A stretch of 47,724 nucleotides of DNA, the filler included, from Stramenopiles sp. TOSAG23-2 (taxonomy: Eukaryota): assembly GCA_900128395.1 (NCBI GenBank). It is 2 parts of 2 records of this genome, joined end to end, with 100 filler letters (N's around TTAATTAATTAA, not from the genome) between each part and the next. Parts side by side here need not be neighbours in the genome. Positions count along the whole stretch, not along the records: positions 1 to 23,834 come from LT649480.1; positions 23,935 to 47,724 come from LT649481.1. One strand, written 5' to 3'. Position numbers and translations under genes: made by a program. Of the stretch, positions 22,367 to 31,951 are shown one piece after another (the first letter of the stretch is position 1; each line of letters opens with the position of its first letter). A model generated the notes under the pieces. That model made no database searches. It saw nothing but the letters and a program-made list of their open reading frames with translations, and had not been told where the DNA came from.

Positions 22367-22586
22367 TAAAAAAAATATGTATAAAAGGAAAAGAAAAATA
22401 GTTTTTGTTGGGAGGAGTGTTGGGGTGTGAACAAAATAAAATTAAAACATTTCTATGTGTACATATATATATTATATATACATTATTTAATTCAACTATG
22501 TCTCTAGATATGATATTTTAACAAAAATTTCTACGTAAACATTTCTCGACTCGACACACACAACGGGAACTCTCTCTGCTTTTTGT

Positions 22587-23834
22587 TTATCCATAAATCA
22601 CATCTTCAATTTTTTGTTCTTTATTATTATTTTTTTTAGAAGAAGTATCAGTCTTTTTCTGTTGATTATTATTATTGTTACTGCTTGATGCTGTGGATGA
22701 TGCTTCTTGTACTTTTGTTTCTTGAAATCGTGGTTGTTCTGTTTGTTTCGTTTGTTGATCTTTTTTAACGTTATTATTCTTATTATCACTATTTTTCTTA
22801 TGTACTTCTTCACCATGTTTAATATCTTTTTCATTGATTTTAATAGTTTTTCCATCATCTTCTTTTTTCGATTTAAAACTAAAACCACTTCCAGTCTTTT
22901 TACATTGACATGTTTTTTCACATGTACAATCAGCAACTTTACAATCACATTCCATATACCCACCTTCACTAATTCCGGGTCCACCAACACCTTCTAAATT
23001 ACAACTACATTTAAAATCTTGCTCTGCATTTTTCGTTGCACCTTTACCTTTCTGAGGTGCATTTTTCGATGGTTTTGTACAAACAGGGCATACTGGGCAA
23101 TTCGCTTCTGGTGGAAAATGTGTACCTGCAAATGGATCAACACTTAAACGGCAAAAACATTGTTTATGACAATGGCATTCATATGGTCTACATTCACAAT
23201 CTAAATCTGTTGATCCAGGTCCACCACTGACACGATTTTGCGTTTCCAAATTTGTTTGCGCACCTGCTGATAAACTACTGCTTAATTGCATGATTTCATC
23301 CATTTTTGCATTTAATTTACCTTGCGCTTGGTTATTCATTTTACGTAATAATTTTTTATTTAAAACAATTTTTTCATTTGTTTCTAATAATACAGTATTA
23401 TCGTTTTCTTTATCACCAACACCATTTAGATCAGCGTCATCTGTAGGGATGATTTTTGCACCTTTATCTTGCATATGTTGTGTAGTCATTTTTAAATCAA
23501 CAGTATGGCATGAATGTCCAAATGTAAATTGATTTGGAAATTCTTCATCATGGTGAATTTTTGACATATCTAACTTGAAATGTTTTTCTTCTGAATCATT
23601 TTCGTTATTATTTTTCTTCTTCTGAAACGTTAAATCACGTCTTGAACCTAAATTAGCTTGTGCATATCCAGCAGATTTTAAAGCATCTAACAATGCATCA
23701 TTATCTAATCCATTCATATGATTCATCAATTTTTCATATTTCACTGATTTTAATGATGGTTTTGCTGTTGTTGCTGATGCAATGGCATTATTATTATTTA
23801 ATATACATAATATTGTTATTGTAGTATATAATAA
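22587..23834 (-). CDS. Secreted cysteine-rich protein, 5'-truncated by the assembly linker
   Basis: The frame stays open 30 codons upstream of the track's GTG start, up to the N-gap (LLYTTITILCILNNNNAIASA, a signal-peptide remnant). Two related CxC blocks, DCECRPYECHCHKQCFCR and ECDCKVADCTCEKTCQCK, plus CPVCPVC. Confidence 0.85.
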   Translation of the reverse strand, partial: LLYTTITILCILNNNNAIASATTAKPSLKSVKYEKLMNHMNGLDNDALLDALKSAGYAQANLGSRRDLTFQKKKNNNENDSEEKHFKLDMSKIHHDEEFPNQFTFGHSCHTVDLKMTTQHMQDKGAKIIPTDDADLNGVGDKENDNTVLLETNEKIVLNKKLLRKMNNQAQGKLNAKMDEIMQLSSSLSAGAQTNLETQNRVSGGPGSTDLDCECRPYECHCHKQCFCRLSVDPFAGTHFPPEANCPVCPVCTKPSKNAPQKGKGATKNAEQDFKCSCNLEGVGGPGISEGGYMECDCKVADCTCEKTCQCKKTGSGFSFKSKKEDDGKTIKINEKDIKHGEEVHKKNSDNKNNNVKKDQQTKQTEQPRFQETKVQEASSTASSSNNNNNQQKKTDTSSKKNNNKEQKIEDVIYG

Positions 23835-23934
23835 NNNNNNNNNNNNNNNNNNNNNNNNNNNNNNNNNNNNNNNNNNNNTTAATTAATTAANNNNNNNNNN
23901 NNNNNNNNNNNNNNNNNNNNNNNNNNNNNNNNNN
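23835..23934. other. Artificial contig/scaffold linker
   Basis: Exactly 44 N + TTAATTAATTAA + 44 N = 100 bp; the palindromic 12-mer places stops in all six frames. Confidence 0.97.
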
Positions 23935-24348
23935 ATACAAAAATCACCTCATCCTAACTCACACCCTTAAAAAACAAATGTAGGGCCCTCGCCGTATGGC
24001 ATTTTTTTAATATAATATAAATAGTTAAATAGTAGTGGTGAGATGATGATGTCCAAATAATTTAACCCACATCCAAAACAAAACTATTTGATTGACGATC
24101 GATAAATAAATAATTCCGAAAAGATTTAGAAGCAGAAGGAAAAGAGAAATATTTGTGTACGAAGACTATTATGAAGAGGATATTGTATGTATGTAATAAT
24201 ATATATATACATGTATATAGTATAATACGTAATAAATTATTAACACCACGACATATTATCAGTTTGGTTTCATTTGTATCATTTTATTAAATATATATAT
24301 ATATATATTATCTAATTTTATTAATAATTGAATAGTACAAATATTATC

Positions 24349-25488
24349 ATGGCAACTGCAGCAAAATTAATAAAGCAGAAATCTAGGCAACCAACTTCAA
24401 CGAGAAAGGAAATTGCATTTGGGCTGCGTGCATTAGCACAGTCAAATGTTATACAATTGATGTGGACTGGGATATCTTATTTTGATGGGAAATATTATAC
24501 CATCTCAAAACGTGATGTTGATGCGCGTAGGATGTCCCCATTAGATACGCATAAAATTTCTAGTAATGATATAAACAAGGAGAAAAATATTAATTTCCCA
24601 TTACATGCATATTTACATCAAAAAACTGGGAAAGAATGTTGTGTATTGATCCATAATCAGAACGCTTCGTGGCTTGCAGCTCAAAATTGGATTGAAAATG
24701 CTTTGCCTCCATGGGATTGTAATTGTGCGATGTTTGCACGCCCTGGTGAAGTTGCGGAGGTGAAAGTTCCATATATTCTTGAAAATTTAGATGATATTGG
24801 TAAGATTGAAAAACATAATTATGAATTAAATAGTGAGACAAAGTTAGCCATATTACCAAATCGTGCTATCGCTGTCTTTGGTCATTCAATAAACCATGCA
24901 GTCATGCGCTCTATCTATTTAAATTTTGCAATTGAGACGATGAGAAACATTGTATCAACAGGACGTGAAAATGCACGTCTAGCTGAACCAAAAGAATTGC
25001 TTGATCAAAATTATGTATGGGATACAAATCCATTATTTAGTAATGCAAATCATGAAATGAACATATTGAAAAAAGCAATGGACTTGCCTCTATGGTGGGA
25101 CCGAGTGGATTTAACAGAATATTCGGATGATAATTTAGATGAAATGTCATTATTAGCTGCTGTATCTATACCACCAGATACAGAAATTGCTACTGTTGGT
25201 GGTACTATATTAACAAAACCAACCAAACATACAGTACGACTTGCGACAAAGGTTCATTTGCATATGACAGATGGTGGTGGTGCAGCAGATTCTGTTTTTA
25301 CTCGTTTAAATCACAGTTTCAATCCAAATGTACTTGCCAGACCAAATCCACAAAAAGAATGCATAACATTTAGGGCGTTAAGGGCAATAGATGCTGGTGA
25401 AGAATTAACGTTTGATTATACTTCAACGGAGGATAGCGTTTTTGCTTCACCATTTGTAGATATAGAAACCGGTATGAAAGTTGGATAA
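24349..25488 (+). CDS. Fusion of class II aldolase/adducin-like domain and short SET domain
   Basis: N-part: RKEIAFGLRALAQ...WTGIS, FPLHAYLHQ...CCVLIHNQ, AILPNRAIAVFGHSINHAVMRSIYLNFAIE (aldolase_II pattern). C-part: TRLNHSFNPNV...FRALRAIDAGEELTFDY (SET motifs III-IV). Start placed at ATG 24349. Confidence 0.8.
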   Translation: MATAAKLIKQKSRQPTSTRKEIAFGLRALAQSNVIQLMWTGISYFDGKYYTISKRDVDARRMSPLDTHKISSNDINKEKNINFPLHAYLHQKTGKECCVLIHNQNASWLAAQNWIENALPPWDCNCAMFARPGEVAEVKVPYILENLDDIGKIEKHNYELNSETKLAILPNRAIAVFGHSINHAVMRSIYLNFAIETMRNIVSTGRENARLAEPKELLDQNYVWDTNPLFSNANHEMNILKKAMDLPLWWDRVDLTEYSDDNLDEMSLLAAVSIPPDTEIATVGGTILTKPTKHTVRLATKVHLHMTDGGGAADSVFTRLNHSFNPNVLARPNPQKECITFRALRAIDAGEELTFDYTSTEDSVFASPFVDIETGMKVG

Positions 25489-25967
25489 TAAAGAGATTAC
25501 GTGCGTGCGTGGTGAGTTTATTACATGAGAGAGTCCAAGAAAAAATTTCAGGGTGATGTTCATTTGTAATATATGATAGAAGAATTGATTCAATATATGA
25601 TATTATGATATAAAAAATTCTCTTATTCATAATATTTAAAGATTTTATTTACTCATACTGTTATATTCACTATATATGTGTAATTATCAAAAATAATTAA
25701 TACTATTACCTAAACAGAGTTGCATAAAATGAAAGAGTGTGAAAGAATTATTTATGTTGTTGTGTACTTCGTAGATATTATGATATATATCAATATATAA
25801 AGTACAAAAATAATTATTGGAGAGTGTAAAAATATATACGTATACGAGCCTCGTATATTTACTACAAGTCAAACATGCAACATGCAAAATTACTCCCGCG
25901 CACACACAGAGAAAGAAAGTGAAGAATACACACAGACATCATATTAAAACCACACTTTTTTTCTATT

Positions 25968-26606
25968 TTATAAAGACGGTTTACATAAATTATTTTCACA
26001 TCCATCTGGTAAAAGAAATAAACTTGGATCCTGAGTACCTACGGCCAAACTCGTAGGATCAAAATGATAATCTTGTCGACCTTCATGTGCAGGAAATGTA
26101 AATACTAATGGTGTTCCGGCATTATTATCTACCTCATCGTAAATGTGACATCCTTTAGGTCCAGCAAGTTTTGGAAAACTAAATTCATTAGCACGGAGTT
26201 TTGAATATACTTCTGTAATAGTTCCATTAAATGTAGCATTTGTTTTTACAGCCCAGTCAGGAGGAGACGCCTTAATAGAAGGCATATCTAAACAACATTC
26301 TTTTTCATTAGGTGGTAAAGGTTTTTCTAATATACGGTACAAGCCTGTTGGTGTAAAAAATATAGTACATGGTAAATTTGAATTATAAAAGTGTACACAT
26401 TCAACTGCACCTGCCCCATGTTCTACGCGCTGTGATTGTTTCGTCCAATCATAATACATCGTGCCTGATATCGGTATACCAGTACCAGTTGCTAATGTAA
26501 TATTGGATACAAACTTAATTGAAAATTGTTCTGGCCACTTCGTTGGAATTTCTCCATTGGCAGAAAGTAATAATACCGATGATAATAATAATAAGAGTTG
26601 CATCAT
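25968..26606 (-). CDS. Secreted/lysosomal protein, ependymin-related (LolA-like fold; similar in pattern to plant At4g14100-type proteins)
   Basis: Signal peptide MMQLLLLLSSVLLLSANG; PTKWPEQFS, GTMYYDW...QRVEH, ECC...PPDW and a C-terminal DPSLFLLPDGC, typical of ependymin-related proteins. Confidence 0.7.
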   Translation of the reverse strand: MMQLLLLLSSVLLLSANGEIPTKWPEQFSIKFVSNITLATGTGIPISGTMYYDWTKQSQRVEHGAGAVECVHFYNSNLPCTIFFTPTGLYRILEKPLPPNEKECCLDMPSIKASPPDWAVKTNATFNGTITEVYSKLRANEFSFPKLAGPKGCHIYDEVDNNAGTPLVFTFPAHEGRQDYHFDPTSLAVGTQDPSLFLLPDGCENNLCKPSL

Positions 26607-26776
26607 TATCAAAATATATAATTTAATTGTTGTGTTTATATATATAGATATATAATATATAATATTATTTTTGTATTAAATGTTTGCTTCTATTAGATCT
26701 ATATATATATATATTTGCATCAAAATTATTATACTTCAATATATGATATTTTCCTACCAATTTCCGGATTAACAGG

Positions 26777-26823
26777 TACACAGGACTGGTTATTGGCAAT
26801 GAACAAATAACCAGTGCTGTGTA
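26777..26823. repeat. Inverted repeat, 18-bp arms with one mismatch and an 11-nt loop
   Basis: TACACAGGACTGGTTATT (26777-26794) pairs with AATAACCAGTGCTGTGTA (26806-26823). Confidence 0.85.
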
Positions 26824-27038
26824 GGCGCACCACTTTTATGGATAATGGACCCGATTAGGAATATACACAATAAGTGCATCAGTATACAAGTATAGTATAT
26901 AGTCATAGAAAAAAATTGAAAAAATTAAAAAATCTTATTTTTTATATATACATATATATACATATTAACACAAATCATTGTGATGGTTTTTATAGACGAT
27001 AGGAACCATGAAGAAATTCTCTCCCAATATTATATATT

Positions 27039-28154
27039 TTAAAATTGAATATTTTTATCATAAAGACCAAGATCTTTTGCTTCTTTCCATAATTCCATTG
27101 GTATTGTTTTTGAATCTGATGCAGCTTTTAAATTTTGTTCTACTTCATCTTTAGATTTCATACCAAGCACAACTTTCGAAACAATAGATGGTGCAAAAGC
27201 AAATCCGATTGCAACAGATTCAACTGTTTTACCATATTTTTGTGCTAGCTCATGCCATTTATTCATTTTCTTTTGTGCTTCTTTCCATTTAACGTTTTGT
27301 CTACCCGAGCCAGCATTAATATGATATAAACCAGACCAAACACCAGCAACATGAACTGATATTCCTCTTCGATGGCATTCTTGCATTACTTCATATCCAT
27401 CTTGACGAAATAAATTAAATGAATATGCTAATAAAATATTATCAAATGTTCCAATTGGTTTGCTCTTCAAGATATTTATTATAACATCTGGTGTCCATTT
27501 CGTTGTTGTTAATCCACCAGAATTTTTTGTTATGATAGTATGATCAACATTAGCATTCATTCCTATCGACACACACTTTATTTTTCCAATTTTACGAAGA
27601 TGAACCATGCCATCAATTAAACCATCATTATTCTTGATTGCATTTTCTATTCCATTTTCCACGCTGTCTGGATCGTGCATCCGTAACGTATGTATACTTA
27701 TTGGTTTATTTTGGACAATACTCATACGTTCAATACTTTCTTTGTGTGATAATTCTGCACCATTAAAAGTATAATTTGGAACTAATACTCGTTGATCATT
27801 GGGTATTGAAAATGGTTTAAACGGTGTTGGTGGAACCAAGGCAATATCATTCATACGAGATATGTTTCTTATTACTTTACCACATTTTGTAATAAAAATT
27901 GCTTTGTATCCTAATTTTGAATTATATATTGCTTCTCCTAAATTATCTTCTGAATTACCATATAATGGTGCAGTATCAAATTCATAAATACCATTAGATA
28001 ATGCACTATGTACAGCTTCATCACGTATCTTTTTGGATAAATTCCCCCACGTCTCATTTAACATGGTACATCCAAAAATTATATTTGACGGTAAAATTTC
28101 TTGATTTGGTATTAAATTTAATGGCGTTAGGTTTAATATGGCTTTTGATGACAT
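27039..28154 (-). CDS. Aldo-keto reductase (D-threo-aldose/L-fucose/L-galactose 1-dehydrogenase-like)
   Basis: Catalytic tetrad motifs FDTAPLYGNSE (Asp, Tyr), ITKCG (Lys) and LRMHDPD (His); VVLGMKSKDEVEQNL cofactor-binding tail. Confidence 0.9.
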   Translation of the reverse strand: MSSKAILNLTPLNLIPNQEILPSNIIFGCTMLNETWGNLSKKIRDEAVHSALSNGIYEFDTAPLYGNSEDNLGEAIYNSKLGYKAIFITKCGKVIRNISRMNDIALVPPTPFKPFSIPNDQRVLVPNYTFNGAELSHKESIERMSIVQNKPISIHTLRMHDPDSVENGIENAIKNNDGLIDGMVHLRKIGKIKCVSIGMNANVDHTIITKNSGGLTTTKWTPDVIINILKSKPIGTFDNILLAYSFNLFRQDGYEVMQECHRRGISVHVAGVWSGLYHINAGSGRQNVKWKEAQKKMNKWHELAQKYGKTVESVAIGFAFAPSIVSKVVLGMKSKDEVEQNLKAASDSKTIPMELWKEAKDLGLYDKNIQF

Positions 28155-29020
28155 ATTATTAATTGAATAAAATAGAAAAAAAAATTTTGGTTACAATCTG
28201 TTTACGTTCTTCGAAATTACTAAAATATTTCAAAAACAAATGTATTTTATGTATGCATATACTATAGTGCTATAAAAATCTTCTGAAAATCTATATATAT
28301 ATATAAAAAAAAAAAAGATACGTATTATATTATACACGTATCTTTCTTCCAACTCTGTGTGAAAAGATAAAGATATATATCTCTTTTTTTCACAATACAA
28401 GTTAAAAGTTGTTTGACATTAGACACAAAACAAAGCCCAAAAATCGATGAAAAACCTTAATTAAATTTTTAGCATATAAATAGTACTTATTTTTACCACA
28501 ACATCCTTACCGTCAACTTTTCTTATAGGCTGGAATAGTCGTCTTATACTTCTAGAATAGGGCTGGAGTGATATGTTTTTTCTCGAAGTTCTCGGTTCTC
28601 GGTCTCTCGAGGTTGATAAATAAAATTTTATTATATACTAATAAGTACAAATTACACATCAAACAACCTCGTGTTCAACAAAAACCACCCACAAATTCGA
28701 ATAAGTACACAAAAAATACAAAAACATCATGAGAACATATATATTCGTCATAACTACTCAATCAGGATTAATATATATAAAAGATAAAACAATTTATAAA
28801 ATAGTTTCATTATCAAATAATTTATACATATATATATATATAGCAATTCAATTGCTTCAGTGATTTTATTTTTCATTTTTTTTTATATTACAAATTATAT
28901 TCTTTCTCATTTTAATATATTAATAATTTTAAAGTAAAATATCTTATTTTATTCTCTGAGTAATATATAATATAGTATATATCAATAAAATCATATATAG
29001 TATAACGAAAAAATTATAAA

Positions 29021-30796
29021 ATGAAACAAGTTTTACATATGAAAATTATAACAATATTAGTAATTGCATTAGTATATGGTATTTCAAATGCAACTTCATC
29101 ATTACCATCATCAAATTTAAATAAAAAAATAATCAGCAAAACACGTGGTGTACATCCAAAAGATATGTCAAAATATCAACCAAAAAACGATGATACGTTT
29201 ACTTGCAAAGGTAGTAGTACCACTACGGAAGAAAAAATAATAATAATACCATCATCTAGTATCAATGATGATTTTTGTGATTGTACTTTAGACGGTCTGG
29301 ATGAGCCAGGTACATCAGCATGTTCGTACCTGAAAACATCCCGTTTTCATTGTAAAGCAAATCCATCAAAAAGTTTTTATATTTTTACAAGTCGTGTTGA
29401 TGATGGTATATGTGATTGTTGCGATGGTGAGGATGAAATGGATATTATTTGTCCAAATAATTGTAAAGCGCTTGCAATACAAATGTTACAAACGAAAAAA
29501 GAAAAAGCTTCGAAATTTATTGAAGGTTTAAAAATTCGTGAAACATACGTAAAAAAAGCAAAAAGTCAACTGAATAATTTTGTAAAAGAACGTGAATCGT
29601 TACATCGACAAACCAAATCGATTGATTTGAATATGCCACGATTGGAACAAATTGCTGAACGATACAAAGAAATTGAAGATTCCTATAAGAAACAAATAGA
29701 ATATCGTGCTGAAATGAATTATATTCGTAAAATTAAATTGCGACAATTGGATTTAAATACATTACGAACCATTTTACTGCCAAATTTGTGTATACAAGGT
29801 GGAAAAAGTGGTATGGAAGCATTGATGGAACAATACAAGATTGATATTGTTGTAGAAGAAAATAAAAATAGTACGATATATCAATTGTTTTTTCAACAAT
29901 TTATCAACAATGAATCATCAGAAAATTCTGATGAAGAAGGAAAAGAAGATCTTGGTTTTCAATTAATTGATTTAGTAATGGATAATAATAATAATAAAAA
30001 AGATGAAACGACAACAAATGTAAAGCACGGTAAATACAATGATCAAATGCAAAAGACTGCATTACTCCATCATATAATGGAAATAGCTAGAAAAACCAAC
30101 CATTTCGAATATCTTGCATTAATATCATTAGAAGAATATGAAAATATACAATCTAAAATTGAAACAGAAAAAGTATCAAAATTAAATGTTTTCCAAGGAT
30201 TATTACATTGGTTTATGAAAGATGATGTGAAAGAATACGATCATACGATTGAACAGTATGCAAAAGAATTAAGTAAATCACTTGATGATCCTGGAAAAGA
30301 TTTTAAACATAGTATGGCATTATCATCAAAAAGTAATTTAGAATATGCACAACGAATTAAAAGTACCCTTTTAAGTGATCATAATAGTTTAGTCAATATG
30401 GGTAAAACTGATTTTGGAGAAGGAAATGCATATTTATCCATGTACAATGAATGCTTTTCCAAGAAAGCTGGGAAATATAAATATAATATTTGTCCATTTA
30501 AACGTGCAGATCAAGATGGAACTGCATTAGGTCATTTTGATTCCTTATATAGTAAAGGTGGATCTGGAAAAGCAAATATGATTTATAAAAATGGTAGACG
30601 TTGTCCTGGTGGTCAACAACGTGAATTAAAAGTTGTATTTTATTGTGGAAAAGAAAATGAAATTACATCCGTATCAGAACCATCCCCATGTAGTTATGTT
30701 GCGAAATTTGTATCACCAGCTGTATGTGGTGAACAAGAAAAACGTTTTGTTGAAAATGTACAAGAGTTAATAAAAGATGCAGGATTGGAATTGTAA
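29021..30796 (+). CDS. PRKCSH: Glucosidase II beta subunit-like protein
   Basis: Signal peptide; TRGVHP...INDDFCDC...DGLDEPGTSAC and SRVDDGICDCCDGEDE; coiled coil; C-terminal MRH domain (YKYNICPF...Q...NGRRC...R...C...SEPSPCSY...SPAVC); ends in GLEL. Confidence 0.92.
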   Translation: MKQVLHMKIITILVIALVYGISNATSSLPSSNLNKKIISKTRGVHPKDMSKYQPKNDDTFTCKGSSTTTEEKIIIIPSSSINDDFCDCTLDGLDEPGTSACSYLKTSRFHCKANPSKSFYIFTSRVDDGICDCCDGEDEMDIICPNNCKALAIQMLQTKKEKASKFIEGLKIRETYVKKAKSQLNNFVKERESLHRQTKSIDLNMPRLEQIAERYKEIEDSYKKQIEYRAEMNYIRKIKLRQLDLNTLRTILLPNLCIQGGKSGMEALMEQYKIDIVVEENKNSTIYQLFFQQFINNESSENSDEEGKEDLGFQLIDLVMDNNNNKKDETTTNVKHGKYNDQMQKTALLHHIMEIARKTNHFEYLALISLEEYENIQSKIETEKVSKLNVFQGLLHWFMKDDVKEYDHTIEQYAKELSKSLDDPGKDFKHSMALSSKSNLEYAQRIKSTLLSDHNSLVNMGKTDFGEGNAYLSMYNECFSKKAGKYKYNICPFKRADQDGTALGHFDSLYSKGGSGKANMIYKNGRRCPGGQQRELKVVFYCGKENEITSVSEPSPCSYVAKFVSPAVCGEQEKRFVENVQELIKDAGLEL

Positions 30797-31154
30797 AAAA
30801 GGGGTGTGTTATTATAGAAGATATGTTATTATACGTATAACATATTTTAATTTATATTAAATAAAATAGCTATTATGAGTAGTTGATACTCTATCTATTT
30901 ACCTTCATTGGTATTTTCGATTATGAGAATATCAACACACTGTGTGAGATAGATTATTTCAGTTATTTTATTCTTTTGAAGAGTAGGAATTATCATGAGT
31001 AAATTAAAAATAAATTATGCGTGTAAATTAAAATTAAATAAAATACACTTTCGTATAATAATATAAATAATGATGAAAAATTGTCAAAAATTATCAAACT
31101 TGTTCTGTTTTTTACCCTTTTTTACTTTGTTTCTACGAACGTTCGTTACTAGCA

Positions 31155-31679
31155 CTACTTTGGAAAACAATCACGTATTAATTGTAGATTTTCTTTTACA
31201 ATTTTTAAGCCACCATCATCAATACATGACTGTTCGCTTAGATCAGCATTTAAAACTACTTGTGCAAGACGTTTGTTATTATTAAATAATCTTATCCAAA
31301 TATGACCCATTTGAGTGCAAACCACTCTTAAACCATGGCAATTTCCATCTTTTCTACACTCTTCTACAACGTTAGCTTTATATTCATATCGAACAATACC
31401 TTGCATCTTTTGTGAGCTTGTCAATCCACCACAAACATTGCGTTTGTTTTTTTTACCTGCAAATGGAACATTTGCTTTAAAGGATGGGCAATATTTAGCT
31501 TCGTTAAACCAGCTTAAATCTTTTTCTCCAATTAATTCAAGAAACTTGGTATACAATTCAACATTCCTGTTTTCATTGAATGTTTTATATTTTTTTTGAG
31601 CAACTTCATGTAAATTTGGTATAGTTGGATCGCTTTTGAACATAGTGATTGTTCGTTCTAGTGTTGATATTGTTGACAT
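31155..31679 (-). CDS. Hypothetical protein with MORN-like beta-hairpin repeats
   Basis: 174-aa ORF with clean ATG and host-like codon bias; KMQGIVRYEY and KDGNCHGLRVVC resemble MORN-type repeat units. Confidence 0.65.
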   Translation of the reverse strand: MSTISTLERTITMFKSDPTIPNLHEVAQKKYKTFNENRNVELYTKFLELIGEKDLSWFNEAKYCPSFKANVPFAGKKNKRNVCGGLTSSQKMQGIVRYEYKANVVEECRKDGNCHGLRVVCTQMGHIWIRLFNNNKRLAQVVLNADLSEQSCIDDGGLKIVKENLQLIRDCFPK

Positions 31680-31951
31680 GGTGTATTTATTCGTAAATGG
31701 AGTTAAGAAGAAATGTATGATTTGAAATGTTCTATGTACGTATATTACTTGTGTTTTCTTATATATAATTTTTCATTTTAATATTTAATATTAGTAAAAA
31801 TTTATTTGTCTCTCTCGCTCTCTCGTCCTCCACCATATACCCTCTCTGACCATACACCACTGTGTATATATGTATATATATTCTTTTTTTAACTTCTTGT
31901 ATTTAATCAATGCCTTTGGATGAAATTCACATAACATATATATATATAAAT

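Noticed and set aside
23879..23890. TTAATTAATTAA palindrome as a biological site (e.g. piggyBac TTAA target or regulatory palindrome)
   Set aside because: It is centred in exactly symmetrical N runs totalling 100 bp, the pattern of a synthetic six-frame stop linker.
24349..28154. Sugar-catabolism cluster (class II aldolase plus aldose dehydrogenase-like AKR)
   Set aside because: The aldolase metal ligands look degenerate, an unrelated gene intervenes, and no kinase, dehydratase or transporter is nearby.
28314..28345. 10-bp inverted repeat AAAGATACGT...ACGTATCTTT upstream of the AKR gene
   Set aside because: Short and AT-rich in very AT-rich DNA; plausible by chance.
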